From a virus: a stretch of 64,000 nucleotides of DNA. Below the pieces are notes generated by a model that was not told the origin of the DNA, made no database searches, and worked only from the letters and a program-made list of their open reading frames with translations. Below, piece after piece: positions 1 through 9,810 of the stretch. Both the position numbers and the translations under genes were made by a program. Location: IMG/VR virus record IMGVR_UViG_3300032893_000006, positions 70,338 to 134,337 of that record. One strand, written 5' to 3'. Numbering within the stretch: position 1 is the first letter of the stretch; every line of letters begins with the position of its first letter.

Positions 1-71
1 ACCAGTTCCGCGTTCCCTACTACTCGCTCTACAGCGCCATCTCCCTGACGTTTGCTGGCACGCTTGCATAT

Positions 72-956
72 GTGACGGTCTTGACTCCCGGCTCCGGACA
101 GACACCGGGCATGTATACCTTGAACGGGACTGGAGGATCGGGAACCGGCGCGCAGATCATCGTGACGGTCGACTCGAACGGCGAAGTGACCACTCCTCCT
201 CTTGTGACCAACCAAGGCAGTGGATACGCGCCGGGTGGAGTTGCGAATCCACCGAGCTTCACGCTCGCCGCAGGCGGCACACCAGCAACGTTCTCGGCCA
301 CCTTGAACGCGATCATCACCACCGACAGGCCGTGGATGGAGCCAGCACAGGTCAACGCAGGCTACATGGCTTATCAGGCGTACTTCGCTGCTCCTCCGGG
401 ATTCAAGCGCTGGTACAACATCCGCGACACCACCAACAACAACTACATGGATTGGTGGACCAAGACCCAAGAGGACTTATCCGATGAGGATGCCGAGAGA
501 ACGTTCTTCGATGAGCCCCTTTATGTAGTTCCGTACCAGCAAGACACGAGGCCGGGATCGCCGACGTATGGACAGATGCTGTTCGAGCTTTGGCCGCACC
601 CGATCACACAGCTTCCGTATACGTTCGGATGTGAGTGTAATTGGCCGCAACTCACAAATCCGACCGACATTGTTCCGTACCCTCTGACAGAAGAGGTCGT
701 CAAGCTCAGAGCTTACGAGATGATGTCACTCTGGAAGGAATCGCAGAAGGGTGACGATATGGAGCGAGGCGCTGGTGCCGATTGGAAGTTCTTGGTAGGA
801 GCCTACCGGGCGGAGTACGCCAATCGGCTAAAGCAATGCAGGAATATGGACAGACACCTCGTAGACCTGTACTTCACAAAGATGAAGCGGTTGCCCGCGA
901 CACAGGGCGATCCGTATGCCACCATCTCCGGAACTTTGAATGTGGGGTCAATGTAA
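72..956 (+). CDS. Putative virion structural protein (head-tail adaptor-like); may begin upstream
   Basis: 294-aa ORF at the head of a co-directional structural operon; G/T-rich N-terminal beta segment and helical C-terminus. Confidence 0.45.
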   Translation: MTVLTPGSGQTPGMYTLNGTGGSGTGAQIIVTVDSNGEVTTPPLVTNQGSGYAPGGVANPPSFTLAAGGTPATFSATLNAIITTDRPWMEPAQVNAGYMAYQAYFAAPPGFKRWYNIRDTTNNNYMDWWTKTQEDLSDEDAERTFFDEPLYVVPYQQDTRPGSPTYGQMLFELWPHPITQLPYTFGCECNWPQLTNPTDIVPYPLTEEVVKLRAYEMMSLWKESQKGDDMERGAGADWKFLVGAYRAEYANRLKQCRNMDRHLVDLYFTKMKRLPATQGDPYATISGTLNVGSM

Positions 957-1490
957 GGGATGCTTATGACGCGCAGAAAAAGCAAACTCGCCAAAATATT
1001 TCCGCTCTGCCTTGCGACGAGCAACAGTGGCGAGTTGAATCGTATCGTAAAGGCCGAGATCAATTTCCTTTTGGTTAACAACGATTCTAGCTCTCCATTT
1101 TCTGCTTCGCTTGAACCAACATACGCCGGTAACGCCAGAGGTGTTGTTTGCGGCAGGCTTCTTGTTCGCATGGTTTTGCGCGTGCGTGCATTCTCTAAGA
1201 TTCTTTCTTCTACAATTGAGAGAATTTCCATCCCAATGATCGACCTCGCATTGGGGTTCGCCGCATATTTGGCGATGCAGGTAGACAGTGCGTGGCTCGC
1301 CTTCTCTTCCACGTCGCGCTGCATAGAAGCTTTTTGTGAATCGGCTATATTCAGCGTACCAGTTCCATTGTATTGCCCATTTGTAATCACGAGCGTCAAC
1401 GATAGCGCACTGGCCTCTAGTCAGAGCAATCAAACGCACAGATTTTTCGGACGGTTGAACAACTGTTTGTCGCTGTTTAGGGTTTGCCAC
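948..1490 (-). CDS. HNH-AP2 homing endonuclease
   Basis: VDHWDGNSLNCRRKNLR HNH_3-type motif followed by AP2-like NTSGVTGVCW...KWRARI...DLGLY; inserted antisense in the structural operon. Confidence 0.9.
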   Translation of the reverse strand: MANPKQRQTVVQPSEKSVRLIALTRGQCAIVDARDYKWAIQWNWYAEYSRFTKSFYAARRGREGEPRTVYLHRQICGEPQCEVDHWDGNSLNCRRKNLRECTHAQNHANKKPAANNTSGVTGVCWFKRSRKWRARIVVNQKEIDLGLYDTIQLATVARRKAERKYFGEFAFSARHKHPLH

Positions 1491-1528
1491 ACAGAAATTT
1501 TATCAGTTGATTTTGAGGGAGTATAAAA

Positions 1529-1909
1529 ATGAGCGGTTACGCAGGAGATGGACAAGCCAAACTTCTCAACGTCACCCAACAGGGATACTTTTGGGCGAGC
1601 GAAACAGTGACAGTTGGCGAGCTAAGCATTGGTTTCGAATTGAGCCGCACGACTTCGATGTACTATCCGTGGGGATTCGCTGTTGAGGTTCAGTTCTCGG
1701 GAAACCCCGGAACATTCGAAATCGACATCATGGGCGCGGAAACAGACGCCAAAAATAACTATGTCAAGCTTGGAAGCATCACGGCGACGAACGCGACATT
1801 CGTCGGGCGCTTCGAAGGACTGACATACTATCCACGCTATGTGGCCCTTTACGTCACATCGCTAGGAAACGCCGGGACGGTGAGCGTGAGCGGAAAGGTA
1901 ACAAGGTAA
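1529..1909 (+). CDS. Hypothetical virion protein, paralogue 1
   Basis: 126-aa ORF; shares MxGYAGxGQxKLL, YYPWG and FEIDIMGA with the next ORF. Confidence 0.6.
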   Translation: MSGYAGDGQAKLLNVTQQGYFWASETVTVGELSIGFELSRTTSMYYPWGFAVEVQFSGNPGTFEIDIMGAETDAKNNYVKLGSITATNATFVGRFEGLTYYPRYVALYVTSLGNAGTVSVSGKVTR

Positions 1910-1912
1910 AGT

Positions 1913-2305
1913 ATGCCCGGCTATGCTGGAAACGGACAATCGAAGCTTCTGCAGATGAACGAGCAGAGGAACCTTTGGGCAAATGAAAATGTTGCCGAAG
2001 GTGAACTTAGCGTAGCCTTTCAGATTAGCCGCGTTACCAGCACATACTACCCATGGGGACTGTCATTTGAAGTGATCTTTTCTGGTGATCCGGGTGCATT
2101 CGAGATCGACATTATGGGAGCAAACAGCGACAATAATTTTTCCTATGTGCAGATCGGAAGCATCACGGATGCAAGCGGAAGCATTGTTGCGGGCCAATTT
2201 GTCGGAAGATGGGATATGCCGTCAAATATTTGGCCAAAATTTATTGCGGCCTACATGAAGACAATTACCAACGCCGTAAAAGTAAATCTTGAGGTTACTC
2301 GATGA
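1913..2305 (+). CDS. Hypothetical virion protein, paralogue 2
   Basis: 130-aa ORF; tandem paralogue of 1529..1909. Confidence 0.6.
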   Translation: MPGYAGNGQSKLLQMNEQRNLWANENVAEGELSVAFQISRVTSTYYPWGLSFEVIFSGDPGAFEIDIMGANSDNNFSYVQIGSITDASGSIVAGQFVGRWDMPSNIWPKFIAAYMKTITNAVKVNLEVTR

Positions 2306-3480
2306 AGAGGGCACTACTTTTCGCGATAATCGGCGTTGCGATGCCGGTGTTGGCTCAAAAGTATCCTCCTGTCTTACTACTGGATGGAGCGGGAAATCCC
2401 TACCCATTCGGAAACGGCGCACAACTTCATTCAAACCCTCCAATCATGGAGTGCTATACAAATGCGACGGGGATCGTTCAACCATGCAATTTTAGCGGTG
2501 GAGGTGGAGGAAATCCGGGCGGTTCAAATGGCGATATTCAATACAACAATAACGGAACATTCGGAGGTTCCGCAGCGACAATAACAGCAGGCGGCTCAAT
2601 CACTATTCCCTCAGGGCAGTCGATAAACCTATCCAGTCAAGGCCCGGGAGTTCTCTTTGGAGGTACGCCGACATTCTTTCCCACGTACCCTGTGATCTCT
2701 GATGAAGAATATTCGCCGTCAAGCGTAGGCTCTTCGACTCAGCCTGTGTTTTTTGGCAAAGTTTTTACATTTACACCATCATGGACCAGTAGCAGCACAA
2801 TTGTGGAATTGATAGGAGATTTTGGATTTACAACGTCCCAATCGACAGATAGCACAAGTTATTCAGTCATACAGCATTCTGAAATCGGTGCGGTGGCCGG
2901 GGGATCGGGTTTGATTGATTCGGTGATCGGAGGAGAATTTTCAGCAGTAAATCAAGGAACTGGGTCTGTAACTCAAGGTCAAGGGCTCATCGCCGATTGC
3001 CATAATCTTGGTCTTGGAACTGTTACTGAATGCGCGTCTATCGACGTCAATGAAGGGGGAAACGCTCCCCCGGATACCGGACCGGTCACCACGGCAATTG
3101 GCGTTAAAATCGATGGCATTTTAGAGGGCTCCACAAACTATGACATTTGGGCGACTGATGCTTCGGCGTTGAATCGCTTTGATGGTCTGGTAATGTTTCC
3201 GATCACCGAATCAATCGGAACGCAAACGATATCTGGATGTTCGTTGACTTCTGCGGCTGGAGGTGCATCTACAGGTTCTTTTCATTCCGGAACCAACGGT
3301 ACTTGCACCGTCACTATCACACCCGGCATAACTGCTGCTCATGGATTCTACTGCGCAGCACAGGATACGACAACCGTCGCCGACACCTTGCACCAGACCG
3401 CAACAGGAGCAACATCTTGTATAGTGTCTGGAACTACAGCTTCTGGCGATGTAATCACATGGACTGCAGCGGCGTTTTAA
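2302..3480 (+). CDS. G/S/T-rich fibre-like protein with N-terminal signal peptide
   Basis: MKRALLFAIIGVAMPVLA|Q Sec-type signal; GGSNGDIQYNNNGTFGG fibre-like motif. Confidence 0.6.
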   Translation: MKRALLFAIIGVAMPVLAQKYPPVLLLDGAGNPYPFGNGAQLHSNPPIMECYTNATGIVQPCNFSGGGGGNPGGSNGDIQYNNNGTFGGSAATITAGGSITIPSGQSINLSSQGPGVLFGGTPTFFPTYPVISDEEYSPSSVGSSTQPVFFGKVFTFTPSWTSSSTIVELIGDFGFTTSQSTDSTSYSVIQHSEIGAVAGGSGLIDSVIGGEFSAVNQGTGSVTQGQGLIADCHNLGLGTVTECASIDVNEGGNAPPDTGPVTTAIGVKIDGILEGSTNYDIWATDASALNRFDGLVMFPITESIGTQTISGCSLTSAAGGASTGSFHSGTNGTCTVTITPGITAAHGFYCAAQDTTTVADTLHQTATGATSCIVSGTTASGDVITWTAAAF

Positions 3481-3481
3481 T

Positions 3482-6400
3482 ATGAAGAGAATATTCACAG
3501 CATTGGCATTCTTTTGTTGTGCAATGACGGGGCTCGCGCAAAACGGAGCAGTGCAGCGGTACTGCGACTTCGGAGCCAGTCAGGCAATTGTTTCCGGCCT
3601 GAGAAGCTCGAACTATCAGCAGGGCGACATCCCCCAGTGCACGGTGACAGTCTATTTGACCGGAACAACAACGCTGGCCCCGATCTATACAGCAAGCACT
3701 TCTACTGCGACGGTTGGCTCGATATCGGTCACTGCAGGTGGCACCTATTCTGTATGCCCAACCGGTATCAGCTTGAGCGGCGGAGGCGGAACAGGAGCGG
3801 CTGCGACACCGTCTTGCACGGGGACTGCAGTCACTTCGGTTGCGGTAACGAATCCCGGTTCTGGATATACGAGCGCACCCACAATTTCTTTTACCGGTGG
3901 GACCGGAAGCGGAGCCACTGCGACTGCAAACATGACTGGCAATTTGACCAATCCATTTGTGGCTAATGCAGACGGTTCTTACCTTTTTTACGCTCTTCAA
4001 AACCAAGGTCTTGACGTTCAATTGAGCGGCGGTATTTTTCCGAATACATACCCAACTCCGAACACGCTGGTAGACGTATTTCCAAACCAGAGCTTCTCCC
4101 CTGTCAGTGGTGTCACTCAATTGAGTGCAACTGGACCAATCGAGGTAAATGGCGGTTCTGGCCCGGTCACAGGCTCAGTGCTGATCTCCTGCCCTTCATG
4201 CGGCTCCGGTTCTACAACCAATGCACTGACGATGAATAATTCTGGATCAGGCGCGTCATCCGGCTCGACCTTCAATGGCTCCTCGGCGATCACACTGAGC
4301 TATAACACGCTCGGTGCTGCTCCGACCGCGAGCCCGATATTTACGGGAATCGTTGATGCGAGTGGGGCCACTCAATTTAAACTACCCGTTGCTGCTGGTT
4401 ATACATCCGCAGCGAATGGAGAAATTGGGTACGACTCGACCAACAAGAATTTTCACGCTTGGGTGAACGGAGCGGACACGTTGCTAATTCCGCTCGCATC
4501 TGGCTTTACAAGCGGACACTGTGGTCAGCCGACAAGCTCGGGCGGATCATGGACGATTGTAGACGCAGGTGCCGCGTGCGGGACCGGTTCGGGAGGAGTT
4601 ACGAGCCTAAACTCATTAACCGGAGGTATAAACTTAACATCGACCAGCAGCACGATAACAATTACACCGGGAAGCTCAACAATTGACTTGGAGACCAGTG
4701 GAGGAGGCGGAGGAGGTTTACCCTCAAACGCGCTCTTCATTTGCGCGGGCGATTCGATGTGCGACGATGATAACCATGTCCTTTCGCCTGCAATAGCTAT
4801 TGCCTCATTTACTGTTTCTGGATCGACGGTGACTGTAAACACGAGTGCGGCGCATGGCCTTACATCTGGCAACTGGGTTTCAATGAGAGCGGCAACTGGT
4901 TGGCCTCAAAACGTGAGTCCGATGGGCCTTGGAACAGGACTCACTATATTTCAGGCAACGGTGACGAGTTCTACCCAGTTCACATTGAACGTTGGAAGCC
5001 GTTCTGTTTCGCCCTGTTCGTCTTCCTGCGGGAATGCATACTCGGCAATGCCGTATGTCGAATTTGCTAAATCGGCTAATCCCCTGTTTCCTTCAGGCGC
5101 TTTAACAAACACTGCGACCTGTATGGATACCGGATATCGTCTTCAAACTCTAGCTTCCGATTTTTCCGGTCTTATTAGTGCATGTGTCGGATCGACCACA
5201 GGTAAAGTACCGTACGTCACACTTACCAACGCGAACGATGACGTAGCTCTCTGCGAAACCGCTGCACAGATCGAGGGATATTACCAGACCATCTTTTCCG
5301 CTATCCACGCCATTAATGGGTTTGCCAGCGCTATGACTGCCACAGGAGCGAACTGGGCTACGAACACGTTGGGATGCTCAACGCACGTCTGGGATATACA
5401 AGAGCAAGTAGACCTTTGGCTACGTCAGCAGTCTAAACAGGAAGTTCAGGCTACAAGTCCGGGGTCGACCGCCTATTGGGATGCACTGGAAGATATTGGT
5501 CCGGACTTAACTGACGCAAACAATACGGCGTTGATCGCAACCAACACCGGTTTTGGTCCGGAAGGAGCGGCGCGAGCAGCCCAGATTGGATCGCAGTCTC
5601 TTCTCGTAGGTAATGGAACGTCCGAGCCACGTAATACTTTGTGGTTTAGAGCCATCAACAGTAACGCAGCAGCAGGCATTAACAGCTTGAGCTATGTTCC
5701 ACGCAACGGCACCACGAATTATCTCTATCAGTGGTTTAATTCATCTTCATCTCTCGTGGCGTCGCTGACAGATTCGGGCATATTTTCGCCTACATATCTC
5801 AACGTGGGGTCCAACGGATTGAGCGGATGCCCGGGCGGTAGGCCGTTTTGTATAGGCACCGGCTTCAATATTGATTCCAGCAATGTGCTTTATGTGGTTC
5901 ATGGGATCAACGCTGATTCCGGAGGAAGCTCTAGTAAATATTGGGCTACAGATGGAAGCGTGCAATCGGTCCCATCCGGAGGCTTCCCGATCACCATAGG
6001 TTCCACATCGATTGCATCTGGCAGCACTACGACTACAATTGCAGGTCTCACGCTTTCCAGTCCTGCATTTACAGGAACTGCGGATGCGAGTGGGTCCACT
6101 CAATTTAAACTACCCGTTGCTGCTGGTTATACATCCGCAGCGAATGGAGAAATTGGGTACGACTCGACCAACAAGAATTTTCACGCTTGGGTGAACGGAG
6201 CGGACACGTTGCTAATTCCGCTCGCATCTGGCTTTACAAGCGGTCACTGTGGTCAGCCAACAAGTTCAGGTGGATCGTGGACTATTGTTGACGCTGGCGG
6301 GGCTTGCGGAACCAGTGGCGGCGGAGCAGCGTGGTCAGCGCTTACCAGTGGAACCAATACGAGCATGTCGGCGGTGATGGGTTCTGGTTCTAGCCTTGGC

Positions 6401-7066
6401 TATACCGGAACCGGGGCTATTAACGCTTCAGCAGTTGACGGTGTAACAGTTACCGGAACTCCGAGTGCAGGTCAAGTGCCAACTGCAACCAGTGGTACGG
6501 CGGCAACGTGGCAGACTCCGAGCAGCGGAACAGGAAACTTTGTCAATATAGGAGCATCTGTCGCGTGGTCCGGATGCACGTATTCTGGTGGAGTCTGTAC
6601 AACTTCCGGATCGTCTACTAGCTCAATCACTATATCCAGCATTCCATCGACTTACCTAAGTTTAGTTATTAGAGTAGTTGGAGGCATAGCGACGTCTGGC
6701 TCTAATGCTGATGTCGGAATGCAATTTAATGGTGATACAGGAAACCACTACGACCGCGCCTATAATTATTACGGAAACACTAATGCTCAAGGTGATCCAA
6801 CAAACTCAGCCTTTGTGCCTATTGGCACCCTTGCGGGAGGAGCAGGAACTAAAGGCGGCACTATGACCGCTACCATTGAAAATTATGCAGGAACAACAAC
6901 TTACTATCGCCAATTTCATTCAGAAGGCTACACGTATTACGGCGGACCGGAAGGATTCCAAAATTCGGGTGACTGGCAAAGCACAAGCGCTATAACTTCC
7001 ATTACGCTTGTCTTAAGTTCTGGTGATTATTATGGAACAAACTTTGAGATTTATGGGACCAACTAG
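3482..7066 (+). CDS. Large tail-fibre/adhesin-like protein with signal peptide, SGNH-like domain and internal duplication
   Basis: 1194 aa; MKRIFTALAFFCCAMTGLA|Q; GDSM motif (SGNH block I); duplicated module; fibre-tip-like C-terminus (SSITISSIPSTY...QFNGDTG). Confidence 0.65.
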   Translation: MKRIFTALAFFCCAMTGLAQNGAVQRYCDFGASQAIVSGLRSSNYQQGDIPQCTVTVYLTGTTTLAPIYTASTSTATVGSISVTAGGTYSVCPTGISLSGGGGTGAAATPSCTGTAVTSVAVTNPGSGYTSAPTISFTGGTGSGATATANMTGNLTNPFVANADGSYLFYALQNQGLDVQLSGGIFPNTYPTPNTLVDVFPNQSFSPVSGVTQLSATGPIEVNGGSGPVTGSVLISCPSCGSGSTTNALTMNNSGSGASSGSTFNGSSAITLSYNTLGAAPTASPIFTGIVDASGATQFKLPVAAGYTSAANGEIGYDSTNKNFHAWVNGADTLLIPLASGFTSGHCGQPTSSGGSWTIVDAGAACGTGSGGVTSLNSLTGGINLTSTSSTITITPGSSTIDLETSGGGGGGLPSNALFICAGDSMCDDDNHVLSPAIAIASFTVSGSTVTVNTSAAHGLTSGNWVSMRAATGWPQNVSPMGLGTGLTIFQATVTSSTQFTLNVGSRSVSPCSSSCGNAYSAMPYVEFAKSANPLFPSGALTNTATCMDTGYRLQTLASDFSGLISACVGSTTGKVPYVTLTNANDDVALCETAAQIEGYYQTIFSAIHAINGFASAMTATGANWATNTLGCSTHVWDIQEQVDLWLRQQSKQEVQATSPGSTAYWDALEDIGPDLTDANNTALIATNTGFGPEGAARAAQIGSQSLLVGNGTSEPRNTLWFRAINSNAAAGINSLSYVPRNGTTNYLYQWFNSSSSLVASLTDSGIFSPTYLNVGSNGLSGCPGGRPFCIGTGFNIDSSNVLYVVHGINADSGGSSSKYWATDGSVQSVPSGGFPITIGSTSIASGSTTTTIAGLTLSSPAFTGTADASGSTQFKLPVAAGYTSAANGEIGYDSTNKNFHAWVNGADTLLIPLASGFTSGHCGQPTSSGGSWTIVDAGGACGTSGGGAAWSALTSGTNTSMSAVMGSGSSLGYTGTGAINASAVDGVTVTGTPSAGQVPTATSGTAATWQTPSSGTGNFVNIGASVAWSGCTYSGGVCTTSGSSTSSITISSIPSTYLSLVIRVVGGIATSGSNADVGMQFNGDTGNHYDRAYNYYGNTNAQGDPTNSAFVPIGTLAGGAGTKGGTMTATIENYAGTTTYYRQFHSEGYTYYGGPEGFQNSGDWQSTSAITSITLVLSSGDYYGTNFEIYGTN
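4355..4515 (+). repeat. Direct repeat copy 1 (about 160 bp)
   Basis: Near-identical to 6083..6243 (one mismatch seen). Confidence 0.95.
6083..6243 (+). repeat. Direct repeat copy 2 (about 160 bp)
   Basis: Near-identical to 4355..4515. Confidence 0.95.
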
Positions 7067-7073
7067 GAAACTC

Positions 7074-7445
7074 ATGCGCTACATTCTCGTCGTCCATGTG
7101 TTGATGCTTGTCTCTATTGCAAAAGCGCAAGTAGCTCCGATTGCCTACGAGGATAGCCTTACGTGGCAGGCTCCAGTTGCCTCGACCGATCCTGTGGTCG
7201 GCTACAACGTGTACCGCGCACTTGGAACCAGCGGAACATACGCAGTTTTGAATACTCAACCTGTGACTGCGACAGCGTATATCGACGGCACCGTCGCTTT
7301 GGCAACGAGTTATTCTTATCAGGTAAAGAGCGTAGATGCCCAAGGCAATCAGAGTGTTCCGTCAAACACGATAACCATCAATCCCGTAAGGAGATTACGA
7401 TGCGCCGAGTTTCAATTCCGCTTCTTGTTTTCCTGCTTTCGATGA
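7074..7445 (+). CDS. Secreted fibronectin type III-like protein
   Basis: AGGA RBS then MRYILVVHVLMLVSIAKA|Q; LTWQAP...VVGYNVYR...YSYQVKSVDAQGNQSVPS FN3 pattern. Confidence 0.75.
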   Translation: MRYILVVHVLMLVSIAKAQVAPIAYEDSLTWQAPVASTDPVVGYNVYRALGTSGTYAVLNTQPVTATAYIDGTVALATSYSYQVKSVDAQGNQSVPSNTITINPVRRLRCAEFQFRFLFSCFR

Positions 7446-7930
7446 TGCTGACCTCCGGATGCAGGAGCCAAGTCTCTCCAGCGCCACAACCATCGAATAC
7501 AGTGACGATTGCTCCTGCCTCGTGCCCATCTGGGCAAACGTGCAGCTATTCGTATTTAGTGAGTCGTGCGATCTGTAGCTCGGCGACAAGCTGCCCGACA
7601 CCTGCGACTGGAGTCTACACACCGCTGAATGCAACTGCGCTGGCAACCTCGACCTATACTGACACGACGCCTCCATCAGGACAATATGTTGCATATGTAA
7701 CTCAGGCGACGCTTGATGGAACTCATTTTGGAAATCCCTCTCCCGCCTCAGCGGCTATTCTCACAGCGCTTTATCCGGGGACCCCCGGCACGCCGACTGT
7801 GACGGCTTTAGCGGCCTTAGCGCCTCCAGTAAAAATAGGTGTGCCAGTGCAATTGACTACTCTTGTTCCTGTTCCAGATCGCCCTATGGCTAAGTCGATG
7901 GTCCTAGCTTTGAGGGTAGAAAGTAAGTGA
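7400..7930 (+). CDS. Lipoprotein, FN3/Ig-like
   Basis: AGGAG RBS; MRRVSIPLLVFLLSMMLTSG|C lipobox. Confidence 0.65.
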   Translation: MRRVSIPLLVFLLSMMLTSGCRSQVSPAPQPSNTVTIAPASCPSGQTCSYSYLVSRAICSSATSCPTPATGVYTPLNATALATSTYTDTTPPSGQYVAYVTQATLDGTHFGNPSPASAAILTALYPGTPGTPTVTALAALAPPVKIGVPVQLTTLVPVPDRPMAKSMVLALRVESK

Positions 7931-8151
7931 CATTTGCGGAGAGATATGGCGCTCAGATTCTTGCAAATTTGGACGCGATTAGGAGTGAGTTGAAACGGGT
8001 AGAAACTATCCGGTTTTTTTACGAAAGACGAAAAGTTCCAGTGTTTGTAGAAGTAGGCAATGGGTGGTACCGAAGAGTCTACCCGCAAAAGAGAGATCGG
8101 CAGAGGAAGAACAACTTAGCAGCCTACCAAGTGCTGCAAAAAAATAAGTGA
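7927..8151 (+). CDS. Hypothetical protein
   Basis: 74-aa ORF coupled to both neighbours by GTGA overlaps. Confidence 0.5.
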   Translation: MTFAERYGAQILANLDAIRSELKRVETIRFFYERRKVPVFVEVGNGWYRRVYPQKRDRQRKNNLAAYQVLQKNK

Positions 8152-8402
8152 TTTGGGAGCCTATCGTGGATATCGACACAGCTTGGGAAGAAATAACCAA
8201 ATTGCGGCGCATTGTGGTTGACGGAAATGGACAGAAACCTTTAACCACCCGCATGACAGAAGTGGAGGGGAAGATGGAAGAAATCACCGCTCTTCGAACC
8301 GACGTGAAAAAGCTCATGGGAATCGTGCTAGGGGCACTCCTCGCCATGCTCGGCACAGTTGGCGCGGACTTTTTCATTCGTATTTTGCATTCAACCAAAT
8401 AA
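8148..8402 (+). CDS. Coiled-coil protein with C-terminal TM helix (holin/antiholin-like)
   Basis: Coiled coil followed by LMGIVLGALLAMLGTVGA; directly upstream of the endolysin. Confidence 0.55.
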   Translation: MIWEPIVDIDTAWEEITKLRRIVVDGNGQKPLTTRMTEVEGKMEEITALRTDVKKLMGIVLGALLAMLGTVGADFFIRILHSTK

Positions 8403-8406
8403 AGAC

Positions 8407-8856
8407 ATGGCAAGCTCATTGGATATTGCAATTCCGGCTCTATGCGCATGGCGCGAAAATCGCGGCGGAGGTGCGTTGGGGATGCAGTCTGTTCTCAATG
8501 TTCTACAAAACAGAGCTAATCGCGATAGGACAACCATGTACGCCGAAGCAGTGAAGAAACTTCAATTTTCTTCGCTTACAGCAAAGGGTGATCCGGAATT
8601 GACGCTATGGCCAGTTGAAGGTGATCCGCAATATGTCGAAGCTGAGCAGATGATGCAAGAGGCTCTAGCGGGACAGCTTGCTGATATCACACACGGAGCC
8701 ACGATCTACTACGCTCCAACAGGTATTGGCCCTAGCAGCCAGACATTCGCGGTTCCCGGAGGAGCGACTGTCCCATTTCCTGAAAATTGGCAACAATCAA
8801 AGGTGCAATTCACGACGGGTATTGAGAATCAGCTTTTTTTCAAGGAGATCGCATGA
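8407..8856 (+). CDS. Endolysin, SleB/Hydrolase_2-like cell wall hydrolase
   Basis: WRENRG...GMQSVLNVLQNR...QFSSL...THGATIYY pattern. Confidence 0.8.
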   Translation: MASSLDIAIPALCAWRENRGGGALGMQSVLNVLQNRANRDRTTMYAEAVKKLQFSSLTAKGDPELTLWPVEGDPQYVEAEQMMQEALAGQLADITHGATIYYAPTGIGPSSQTFAVPGGATVPFPENWQQSKVQFTTGIENQLFFKEIA

Positions 8857-9134
8857 GCAACTTTATTCAAGTTCTCGCACAACTCATTGCTAATCTACTG
8901 CAACGTGCATTCGGCACAAAGCCGAACACGCTGCTTACAGTCACCGGCGTCGTCGCTGCTCTTGCTGCGCTGCTTGCTGCTCTTCCACCAAGCATCGTTC
9001 CGGTCAAATATCAACCGTGGTTAACAGGAGCAGCAATGTTCTTTTCGCTGCTTGCTGGTGCTTTGGGATATGGCCAAAAGGCGAATGCGAGCGATCCAAC
9101 ACCTCCACCGAAGTCGCCCAAGGAAACCAAGTAA
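8853..9134 (+). CDS. Putative holin (2 TM)
   Basis: Two hydrophobic helices and charged C-terminus; adjacent to the endolysin. Confidence 0.6.
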   Translation: MSNFIQVLAQLIANLLQRAFGTKPNTLLTVTGVVAALAALLAALPPSIVPVKYQPWLTGAAMFFSLLAGALGYGQKANASDPTPPPKSPKETK

Positions 9135-9166
9135 CACAGGTAAAAAACTCTCTAGGAGAAGACACA

Positions 9167-9715
9167 ATGAAAAGGCGTCAATTTATCACCAGCATTGCGA
9201 AAGCAACTGCCGCTGCAATTATGATCGGTTCAACCACAGTTATGGTCGAGGGCTGCACCTTCGACGTTAAAACCGCTCTCAACACCTTACTCGATTCGCT
9301 CAACGCGATCCTCAAGGTTGCCGAGCCCAACGCGACATGGACAAGTCCACTCTCGAACGCAATAGCGGCCCTTGAACAAGCCGAGAGCGCATGGCAATCC
9401 GGAAGTCCAGCGCAGGTGATCGTCAGTGCGCTGAACACCATCGAGGCTGTGATCGCCGTGATTCCAGTAACCGCATCCTATGCCCCACTCGTCGACATCA
9501 TTATTGCTGGAATCGAGGCCGTAATGTCAGCACTAGGACTGACATTTTCGCTGTCTGGAGAAGATTCACGAAAGCGCGCAACCGTCGTAAACAGCCCTCA
9601 CTTCAAAGCTACGACAATCAAGACGTCGGCACTCCACCCGACGTGGACTGGAGCCTACAAGCATCAGTGGAATAGCGAGTGCAATACGCTGAAGATGCCA
9701 CAGGCAAAAATCTAA
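9167..9715 (+). CDS. Twin-arginine-type lipoprotein
   Basis: AGGAG RBS; MKRRQFI twin-Arg motif and VEG|C lipobox. Confidence 0.6.
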   Translation: MKRRQFITSIAKATAAAIMIGSTTVMVEGCTFDVKTALNTLLDSLNAILKVAEPNATWTSPLSNAIAALEQAESAWQSGSPAQVIVSALNTIEAVIAVIPVTASYAPLVDIIIAGIEAVMSALGLTFSLSGEDSRKRATVVNSPHFKATTIKTSALHPTWTGAYKHQWNSECNTLKMPQAKI

Positions 9716-9810
9716 CCGTCAACCAAGCTTGCGGCGGGACACCGGAATTCCGCATACCTCCAATCCGGTGCAACCTGACATCCCGCCGCAACCTTTTTTA
9801 GGAGCAGATC

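Noticed and set aside
7381-7445. Programmed frameshift at the end of the FN3 gene (aatcccgTAA in another frame)
   Set aside because: No slippery heptamer; a 46-nt overlap or a single-base variant explains it and cannot be resolved without reads.
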